Positions 56,986 through 64,000 of a DNA stretch of 64,000 nt are shown here, piece by piece; positions within the stretch are counted from its first letter, which is position 1, and every line of letters begins with the position of its first letter. The notes beneath the pieces are model-generated. The model saw only the letters and a program-made list of their open reading frames with translations, was not told where the DNA came from and made no database searches. Location of the stretch: the NCBI GenBank assembly GCA_963832165.1, contig CAWHTE010000011.1, positions 672,001 to 736,000 of the forward strand. Reading direction: 5' to 3'. Both the position numbers and the translations under genes were made by a program. The DNA is from an uncultured delta proteobacterium. Lineage in GTDB: Bacteria > Myxococcota_A > UBA9160 > SMWR01.

Positions 56986-58347
56986 ATGCCGTCGGCCGTC
57001 GAGCAGCTCACCCGTCTCATGACCGAGCGAGATCCCTACCGCATCCCGCAGCGCGACATCTCGACACTACAGGTCGAGGCGCTCGGGGAATCGCTGCGCG
57101 ACCGGCGTCGCCAGATCCGGGTGCTCGACCGGCGCGCGAAGGAGTTGGGCATAGGATCGGTCCATTCGCCCGAGGACCTCGTGCCGCTGCTCTTCGCGCA
57201 CACGACCTACAAGAGCTACCCGGAGGCGTTGATCGAGAAGAAACGCTGGAAGCATCTCGCCACATGGGTCGACGCGCTCTCCACACAGCGCGTCGAGCTC
57301 GAGAAACTCGACCTCGACGGCGTCGACGACGTCGACGAGTTCCTCGCCCGCATGCACCGCGGCGGTCACTATGTGTTCTGCACCAGCGGCACCTCGGGCA
57401 AGTGCTCGTTCCTGAATCAGACTATGCGCGACCTCGAGATTACGCGCACCGTCATGGTCGACACGGTGCGCTGGGTGACCGGCTTCGAGCCCAGGCAGGA
57501 CCGCGCCACCTTCGTGCTCGGTCCCCACGAGTCGCCGACCCGCTACGGGCAGCTGTTCGGCGGCGTGGTCGAAGCGTACGGACGCCCCGACGCACGCTAC
57601 TACCTGTTCGACGAGCCGCTGCGTATGGCTGATCTGAATCGCATGGGTGTGCTGCGCCGTCGGATCGCGGAGGGCACCGCGACGCCGAGCGAGATCGAGG
57701 CTGCCGAGCGCGACGCGCTCGACCGTCAGGCGCGCATGGAGCGGCGCCTGCTGTCGCTGGTCGACGACATCCTCGCCCTTCGCTCCGAGCCCATGATCCT
57801 GCAGGGTCTGTGGGCGCAGTTCTGGTCGATCGTCCAGACCGCCCGCGAGCGCGGAATCGGCGACGGCCAGTTCCATCCCGAGACCGCGATGTTCGTAGGC
57901 GGCGGTCTCAAGGGCGTCGCGCTGCCCGACGACCACCGCGAGCAGATCCAGCGCTTCTTCGGAGTCGATCGGGGCCGCCTGATCGATGTCTATGGAATGC
58001 AGGAGATGGGCGCGGCATTTCCGCGCTGTGGAGCCGGCCGCTACCACCGGCCGCCGTGGGTCGTACTGTTCGTCCTCGATCGCGCCGGAGAGCGCCTGCT
58101 CAATCCTGCCGACGACCGGGGCGAGGTCGAGGGACGCATGGGCTTCTTCGACTTTTCGGTCGACGGGCGCTGGGGCGGATTGATCTCGGGCGATCAGATC
58201 ACCGTCGATTTCTCGCCGTGCCCGTGCGGGCGGCCGAGCCCCACCGTGGAGCGCGTGGCCCGTTACATGGATCTGGCAGAGGGCGACGACCGGCTCAGCT
58301 GCTCGGCGACCGTGGAGAGTTATGTGCGCGGCGTGATCGCGAACTAG
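56986..58347 (+). CDS. LuxE-like acyl-protein synthetase
   Basis: FAHTTYKSY, TSGTSGK P-loop, GGGLKG, YGMQE, LISGD, C-terminal Cys in DDRLSCS. Confidence 0.78.
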   Translation: MPSAVEQLTRLMTERDPYRIPQRDISTLQVEALGESLRDRRRQIRVLDRRAKELGIGSVHSPEDLVPLLFAHTTYKSYPEALIEKKRWKHLATWVDALSTQRVELEKLDLDGVDDVDEFLARMHRGGHYVFCTSGTSGKCSFLNQTMRDLEITRTVMVDTVRWVTGFEPRQDRATFVLGPHESPTRYGQLFGGVVEAYGRPDARYYLFDEPLRMADLNRMGVLRRRIAEGTATPSEIEAAERDALDRQARMERRLLSLVDDILALRSEPMILQGLWAQFWSIVQTARERGIGDGQFHPETAMFVGGGLKGVALPDDHREQIQRFFGVDRGRLIDVYGMQEMGAAFPRCGAGRYHRPPWVVLFVLDRAGERLLNPADDRGEVEGRMGFFDFSVDGRWGGLISGDQITVDFSPCPCGRPSPTVERVARYMDLAEGDDRLSCSATVESYVRGVIAN

Positions 58348-58371
58348 CGATCGGCCGTTCGGCCACGAGCC

Positions 58372-60111
58372 TCATGCCGAGACGACGCGCGCTGCCGCCC
58401 GCTCCGCGGACGGCTGTGTGTCGCGACCCGCGCGGAGCACCGTGCCGGGCAGCTGCCCCGTGTGCGCGCCGCCGCGCACGATCTCGACTCCATTGACGAT
58501 CACCGCGTCGATGCCCTCCGCGTCGGCATAGAGTCGACCCGCACCGGCGGGCAGGTCGAAGCGCGTGTAGATCGGTCCGCAGCGGATCGCCGCGGGATCG
58601 AACACGACGACATCCGCCCACCAACCGGGCTGAAGGCGCCCGCGCTCGCGCAGACCGCATAGCGTTGCGGGCCGCTCAGTGAGCAGGTGGACGGCTTGCT
58701 CGAGGCCGAGCAGCCCGTGCTCGCGCACACCGCGCGACAGCACCTGGGTGGAGAACGCGAAGCTGTCGATCATGTCGAGATGCGCGCCCGCGTCGGATCC
58801 GCCGATCACGGTGCGGTCGTCGAGCCAGACCTTCCCGCGTTCGGCCCAGCTCTCCGCGTCGTCGCCGCGGGTCGGAGACAGGAAAGACGTGCGCAGTCCC
58901 TCGGACAACGCGAGATCGAGCATCGCGTCGAGCGGGGACTTTCCGAGCTCCCGCGCCATCTCGCCGACCGTGAGCCCCTTCCATTTCTCGTTGGCCGGGT
59001 CGAACGTCTCCACGATCGTGAGCGCCGCCCAGTCGGCGAGCGCACGCAGCTGAGGGTGGGCCGCCCGTTCGGCGCTCTTCGCCAACGCCTCGCGCAGATC
59101 CGGATCGCGCAGCGCCAGCATGCGTTCGTCCACTGGCAGCCCCAGCGGCTCGTTCCAGCCGGGCAGGGCGTCGAAACCGAAGCCGCTCAGCAGGTTGATG
59201 CGCACGGTCATCGGCTGCGGGATCGCGAGTGCGACCACCTCAGCGCCGCGCTCGCGGGCGTAGTCGGTGGCCGCCAGCTGGGCGCGTACGATCTCCCGGG
59301 TGTCGCGGTCCGCCACGAGCGCATTCCACGCGAGCGGCGCTCGCGCGGCGAGCGACATCTCCGCCATGAGCTGTGTTGCCTCCGCACCGAAATCGCCAAT
59401 CCCCGGCAGGAAGCCCAGCATCGTACCCGGAAACTCCGCGCAAACGCGCGAGAGCGCGAGCATCTCCTCGCGGCTCGCGTGCCGCGAAGGTACGGGCTGC
59501 CCCTCGGCGTCATTGTGCGTGGGCGAAAGCGTCGAGGAGAAGCCGAGCCCGCCGTCGGCCAGCGAGCGCGCCAGCAGGCTGCACATCGACTCGAGGTCGT
59601 CGGCACTGGCGCGCTCCCCTATCGCGCGCTCGCCCATCACCACGCGCCGCAGCGCCGAATGCCCGACCAGGAAGCCCGCGTTGATACCGACGCGGCGTTC
59701 GAGGCGGTCCAGGTACTCGCCGAAGCCGTGCCAGTCCCATGGCACTCCAGCCCGGAGACTGTCGAGCGGCATTCCCTCGACGCGTGCCAGCATGCGCATC
59801 AGATAGGGAGCCGCTTCGCCGGCGAGCGGTGCGATCGTGAAGCCGCAGTTTCCGCCGATCACCGTCGTCACGCCGTGGAAGCACGACGGCGAGAGCGCTC
59901 CGTCCCAGAACACCTGGGCGTCGTAGTGAGTGTGGGCGTCGACGAAGCCCGGCGACACGACGCGTCCGTCGGCGTCGATCGTGTGCGACGCTGCTTCGTC
60001 CACGCGTCCGATGGCCGCGATCCGTCCGCCGCGGATGCCGAGATCACCTCGTTGCGCGGGGCGCCCCATCCCATCGACGAGATTTCCGCCCACGATCTTG
60101 ATGTCGAGCAT
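58372..60111 (-). CDS. N-acyl-D-amino-acid deacylase family amidohydrolase
   Basis: PGFVDAHTHYD, GNCGFT, SDAGAH, DLPAGAGRL; GAGGAGG RBS. Confidence 0.92.
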   Translation of the reverse strand: MLDIKIVGGNLVDGMGRPAQRGDLGIRGGRIAAIGRVDEAASHTIDADGRVVSPGFVDAHTHYDAQVFWDGALSPSCFHGVTTVIGGNCGFTIAPLAGEAAPYLMRMLARVEGMPLDSLRAGVPWDWHGFGEYLDRLERRVGINAGFLVGHSALRRVVMGERAIGERASADDLESMCSLLARSLADGGLGFSSTLSPTHNDAEGQPVPSRHASREEMLALSRVCAEFPGTMLGFLPGIGDFGAEATQLMAEMSLAARAPLAWNALVADRDTREIVRAQLAATDYARERGAEVVALAIPQPMTVRINLLSGFGFDALPGWNEPLGLPVDERMLALRDPDLREALAKSAERAAHPQLRALADWAALTIVETFDPANEKWKGLTVGEMARELGKSPLDAMLDLALSEGLRTSFLSPTRGDDAESWAERGKVWLDDRTVIGGSDAGAHLDMIDSFAFSTQVLSRGVREHGLLGLEQAVHLLTERPATLCGLRERGRLQPGWWADVVVFDPAAIRCGPIYTRFDLPAGAGRLYADAEGIDAVIVNGVEIVRGGAHTGQLPGTVLRAGRDTQPSAERAAARVVSA

Positions 60112-60253
60112 GATTTCCTCCTCGCACTGCAGTGAAAGTGTCGTCTTCGTGCCGGGTCGATTTCGTCGGCGCCGTGCGCGCGGCCGAGCGGGTGCTCTCG
60201 CGCCGAGTCCGTGCGGCTGTGGTGTGCGGCTGCCGGCCGATACTCTCTGCCGC

Positions 60254-61636
60254 ATGCCCGCACCGCACCTGGCCGTTCACGCGATGCTCGGACTCGCCAT
60301 GGTGTTGGTCGCGCTGGGGTGCTCGCGATCGGTCGAGCGCCCGGACGTGCTGCTGATCACGGTCGACACGCTGCGCGCCGATCACGTGTCGAACTACGGG
60401 TTCGTGCTCGAGACCACGCCGAGTATCGACTCGCTCGCCGAGCGAGGCGTCGTGTTCGAGCGGGCAATCGCCGCCGCGAGCACCACGGCGCCCGCGCACG
60501 CGTCGATCATGACCTCGCGCTACACACGCGGTCATTCGATCGGCTTCCTCAACGACGGCTCGCGGCTCGAGGGCGGCGTTACGCTCGCCGAGATCTTCCG
60601 CGATTACGGCTACCGCACCGCCGGGTTCGTCGGAAATCCGGTTCTGCAACGGCGCAACGGCTTCGACCGCGGCTTTGAGTCCTACGACGACAAGCTGCTC
60701 ACGCCGGAGCTGAATCGCGCCGCCCGTTTCCGCGAGCGACGCGCCGACGACACGACGGCACGCGCGCTCGGCTGGCTCGAGGCGCATTCGCGCGACGAGC
60801 CCATTCTTCTCTGGGTCCACTACCAGGACCCGCACGGTCCGTATGCCCCGCCGCCCGAATTCACGGGCCGCTTCCAGCTGCCTGCGCGCGAAGGCGAACG
60901 CGAGCTCCCGGTCGCGCAGAGTGAGCTGCCCTGGGACGCGATTCCCGCGTACCAGAAGCTCGCGGGGCTGTCCCGCCCGAGCGAGTACCGCGGCCGCTAC
61001 GCGGACGAGATCTTCTACACCGACCACTCGATCGGCCGGCTCGTCGCGGCATTCGAGGTGCGGCGACGGCCGGCCGTGATCCTGCTCACGGCCGACCATG
61101 GCGAGAGCCTCGGCGAGGACGGCCGCTACTTCATGCACGGCTTCGCGACCACGCCGCAGCTCGCCCACGTTCCCTTCATCCTCGTGGCGCCGGGGCTGCC
61201 GCCGTCGCGGCGCCGCGAGCTCGTGCACCACGTCGACGTGATGCCCACGCTGCTCGATCTGGCCGGGATCGCCATTCCGGACGGCGCTCGCGGTCTGTCG
61301 CTCGCTGGACCTGCGCGCGACGGGCGGCCGCTCCCGGATCGCGTCGTCTATTGCGACATCGGTAGCGAGGTGGCGGCGTATCGCGGCGGACAGATGCTTC
61401 GTGCGCTCGGGGTGCTCGGTGCATGGTCGCGGTCGCGCGATGCGGCCGAGCCGCTCTGGCAGACCTACGAGTGGCGTCGCGACGGGTCCTGGTCGCGGGT
61501 GCAAAGTGGCGAGGGGCCCGGCTCGGAGGTGCGCGCCTATCTCGCCGACGCGGTTCCCCTCGCACGGACCCCGCTGACGCCCGGAGAGATCGAGCAGCTG
61601 CGCGCGCTCGGTTATGCGGTGGGTGACGAGCACTGA
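60254..61636 (+). CDS. Sulfatase-like lipoprotein (alkaline phosphatase superfamily)
   Basis: Lipobox ALGC, VDTLRADH, STTAPAHASIMT, HYQDPHGPY, ADHGE, QLRALGY. Confidence 0.88.
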   Translation: MPAPHLAVHAMLGLAMVLVALGCSRSVERPDVLLITVDTLRADHVSNYGFVLETTPSIDSLAERGVVFERAIAAASTTAPAHASIMTSRYTRGHSIGFLNDGSRLEGGVTLAEIFRDYGYRTAGFVGNPVLQRRNGFDRGFESYDDKLLTPELNRAARFRERRADDTTARALGWLEAHSRDEPILLWVHYQDPHGPYAPPPEFTGRFQLPAREGERELPVAQSELPWDAIPAYQKLAGLSRPSEYRGRYADEIFYTDHSIGRLVAAFEVRRRPAVILLTADHGESLGEDGRYFMHGFATTPQLAHVPFILVAPGLPPSRRRELVHHVDVMPTLLDLAGIAIPDGARGLSLAGPARDGRPLPDRVVYCDIGSEVAAYRGGQMLRALGVLGAWSRSRDAAEPLWQTYEWRRDGSWSRVQSGEGPGSEVRAYLADAVPLARTPLTPGEIEQLRALGYAVGDEH

Positions 61637-62139
61637 TCCTCTCGCTGCGGCCTCTCACGGTGCCGTGCGAACGCGCCGAATCCCGATCGCAGATAGAGCA
61701 GGGGCGGCCGGTCGTAGGTCGCGACGTGGTCGGCACGGCCCACGTGGATGACGTGGTCCCCCGCATCGACGTTGTCGAGCGTGACGCAGTCGATGCTCGC
61801 GACCACGCCGGGAATCAGCGGTGCACCCGTGACGCCGCGCCCGCAGCTCAGGCCCTGGAAGCGCGTTGCTTCGCGCGTCTTGTCGGCGAAGTGCAGGGCG
61901 AGATCCGCCTGATCCGCGGCGAGGATGTTGACGGCGAAGCACCCGCTGCGCTGAAGGAGCGCGTGCGTGTTCGAGGTCTTGTCGGCGCAGATCAGCACGA
62001 GGGGCGGGTCGAGCGAGACGCTGCTGAACGCCGACACGGTCATGCCCTGGATCTCGTCTCCGGCCCGAGTCGTGACGATCGCAACGCCACTGGGCCAGGA
62101 ACCCAGTGCGCGTTTGAAGCCGTCCGAAAGCACAGGCAT
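61612..62139 (-). CDS. Flavin reductase family protein (DIM6/NtaB/HpaC-like)
   Basis: GMTVSAFSSVSLDPPLVLIC, FAVNIL, AGDH, PLLY. Confidence 0.92.
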   Translation of the reverse strand: MPVLSDGFKRALGSWPSGVAIVTTRAGDEIQGMTVSAFSSVSLDPPLVLICADKTSNTHALLQRSGCFAVNILAADQADLALHFADKTREATRFQGLSCGRGVTGAPLIPGVVASIDCVTLDNVDAGDHVIHVGRADHVATYDRPPLLYLRSGFGAFARHRERPQREDQCSSPTA

Positions 62140-62265
62140 GCTCAGTTTCCTTTGTGCGCTCCAAAGCAGTGTGCCGATTTTTGTCACATTTTGGTAGGGT
62201 ACTCGGAGTCTCGGTACGGCGGGGAGCGAGGAACCCTCGCCCCACTCGACAGGAGGAACCATCGA

Positions 62266-63534
62266 ATGCGTCTCGGAATCACCCGCGGCTCCGTGCTGTT
62301 CCTCCTGCTGGGTTTCGCCGTCGGTTGGTTCGCAGGGCAGGGTCGCGTGCCGCTGCTCGGCATCTCCCGGATCGAATCCCGAATAGGAGAGGCGCTTCGC
62401 GAGCCGGACACGACGCTGCGCTTCGCAGCACTCTCGCGCGCGCTTGGCGGCGTCACGCCCGCGAATCAGTTCGAGGCGTTCGAAGGTCTGGAGGCGAACC
62501 GGGTCGGAATCGGAGAGGGCGAGCTCGACATGGTGATCTACGCGCTCACACGCGTCGATCCTGTCGCAGCCCTCGAGAGGGTGAAGGGCTGGCCGCAGCG
62601 AGGCGATCGGACCTTCGCGCTGCGCGAGGTGATCTATAGCTGGGCGACGATCGACCCTGGGGCGGCGTCGCTCGCCTATCAGGATCAGTTCCAGAAATCC
62701 GGAGACTCCTTCGAGATCCAGCGCAGACTCGTCGCGGGCTGGGCGCACTCCCCGGACCTCGAAGGCGTCACGCGGTACATCTCCGAGCTCGATAGCCCGG
62801 TGCCGCGTCAGGAGCTCGCGACGGAGATCGCGCAGGCGCTCCTCAAGGACGGTGGCGCCGAGGCCGTGATCCGATGGGCCGAAGCCATCAACCCCGACTA
62901 CCCCGAGCGCTTCCGGCGCGACGTGTTCGCCAAGGCAGCGCGTGTGCTCGCTCTCGACGCTCCGTCGGTGGCGGCGCAATGGGTAGGACCCTACGTGCAG
63001 CGCGACGAGGTGCCCAACGGCGCGATCCGCGTGGTGGGAGTCCGATGGGCGGAAGAGGATCCCCAGGCGGCGCTCGATTGGGCGCGCGCGCTCCCCGAAC
63101 ATCGCGAGCGCAATATCGTGATCCACCAGGCGTTTCGCGAGATGCTGCGGCGGGACGCGAACGCGGCCGAGTCATGGATCCGCCAGACCGAGCTGAGGCC
63201 CGGCGACGACGCCCTCCTCGAGAGCTACGCGCAGTGGCTCTCACGCGAGCGGCCGGAGGAGGCGATCGAGTGGGCCGGTCGGATCCAGAGCGAAAAGGAT
63301 CGCACGCGCGCGCTGGCCGCAGTGGGGCGGGTCTGGCATGCGAAGGACGCGCCTGCCGCCGTGGCGTGGCTGGATCGCAGCGGCCTCCCGGAGGAGGCGC
63401 GCAAGGCCGTGCTCGAGCCCCTCGAGCCGCCGCGGCCTCGTGGTCCCGGGGCGATCGCGATGCCGCAGATGCAGCCACCGAATGCCATCCCACTCGACAA
63501 CGGTCGCGCGGGCGGTCCGCCGCCAACCAACTAG
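62266..63534 (+). CDS. Membrane-anchored alpha-helical repeat protein of unknown function
   Basis: AGGAGG RBS; N-terminal TM; recurring W..xDP.AA..W units; Pro-rich tail. Confidence 0.8.
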   Translation: MRLGITRGSVLFLLLGFAVGWFAGQGRVPLLGISRIESRIGEALREPDTTLRFAALSRALGGVTPANQFEAFEGLEANRVGIGEGELDMVIYALTRVDPVAALERVKGWPQRGDRTFALREVIYSWATIDPGAASLAYQDQFQKSGDSFEIQRRLVAGWAHSPDLEGVTRYISELDSPVPRQELATEIAQALLKDGGAEAVIRWAEAINPDYPERFRRDVFAKAARVLALDAPSVAAQWVGPYVQRDEVPNGAIRVVGVRWAEEDPQAALDWARALPEHRERNIVIHQAFREMLRRDANAAESWIRQTELRPGDDALLESYAQWLSRERPEEAIEWAGRIQSEKDRTRALAAVGRVWHAKDAPAAVAWLDRSGLPEEARKAVLEPLEPPRPRGPGAIAMPQMQPPNAIPLDNGRAGGPPPTN

Positions 63535-63591
63535 CCGATAGGCCTCCGCGCAGCTCCACCTCGCTGCGCAGCAGCCGGCGCTCTAGCGGCG

Positions 63592-64000
63592 CTAGCGCGG
63601 ATCGAATTCCACGGGCAGCGCTTCGAGGTGATTGTCGAACAGGTTGACGTAGCGGGGCTCGAAGCCGCGCTGCACACGCAGGTTCGGCAGCCGCGCGAAG
63701 AGCCGGGGAACGCCCTCGCGCAGCGAGCTGCGCGCGATCGGTGCGCCGAGGCAGGCGTGGATGCCGACCCCGAATGACACGTGGCGGTTCGGGTTCCGGT
63801 GGATGTCGAACTCGTCGGGACGATCGAAGACACCCGGATCGCGATTGGCCGCATTGAGAGCCGCGAGCACCATCGAGCCGGCGGGAATCGTGACGCCGCG
63901 CACCTCGACGTCGCGCAGCGTGACCCGGTTCTGGTACGGAATCGGCGCGCGCCAGCGCAGCGTCTCCTCGAGCGCCTGCTGCCAGCCCGACGGATCGGTG
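63592..64000 (-). CDS. Cytochrome P450 (3' part; 5' end lies beyond the window)
   Basis: EETLRW, AANRDP..F, FGVGIHACLG. Confidence 0.92.
   Translation of the reverse strand, partial: TDPSGWQQALEETLRWRAPIPYQNRVTLRDVEVRGVTIPAGSMVLAALNAANRDPGVFDRPDEFDIHRNPNRHVSFGVGIHACLGAPIARSSLREGVPRLFARLPNLRVQRGFEPRYVNLFDNHLEALPVEFDPR

Noticed and set aside
49510..62139. Bioluminescence (lux) operon
   Set aside because: No LuxA/LuxB pair or LuxD; the LLM resembles Mer-type enzymes, and the flavin reductase is HpaC-type rather than LuxG-type
1..64000. CRISPR array, tRNA/rRNA, IS element, prophage or defence system
   Set aside because: No regularly spaced repeats, cloverleaf or rRNA-like segments, and no transposase, integrase, phage or nuclease motifs seen by eye; a covariance-model search was not possible

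Overview
Very GC-rich bacterial DNA from a diderm organism (TonB-dependent receptor, lipoproteins, PEP-CTERM proteins). The gene content suggests an uncultured Myxococcota/Binatota-like lineage (inference only). Most of the ~50 genes form a catabolic neighbourhood: nine amidohydrolase-superfamily genes, three luciferase-like oxidoreductases, two acyl-CoA ligases, two heteromeric acyl-CoA dehydrogenase pairs, a 6-oxocamphor-hydrolase-like crotonase, a fused indolepyruvate:ferredoxin oxidoreductase, two P450s, two MFS transporters and two TetR regulators. Three things stand out. (1) A LuxC-like reductase and a divergent LuxE-like synthetase sit with a P450 (I-helix Thr replaced by Asn), an amidohydrolase, a MaoC pair and a luciferase-like enzyme, with no luxAB or luxD. 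(2) Two tandem PEP-CTERM surface-protein genes share a ~99% identical 930-bp body but have largely different signal peptides, and their upstream regions keep only a shared promoter/operator skeleton. (3) An envelope module comprises a TonB receptor, TPR lipoprotein, beta-barrel, Thr-type sulfatase-like enzyme, TMTC-like glycosyltransferase and SGNH protein. A PQQ dehydrogenase has about eight frameshifts and one acyl-CoA synthetase has one; these may be assembly errors. No rRNA, tRNA, CRISPR array or mobile element was recognised. All product calls come from motif recognition by eye, not database searches.
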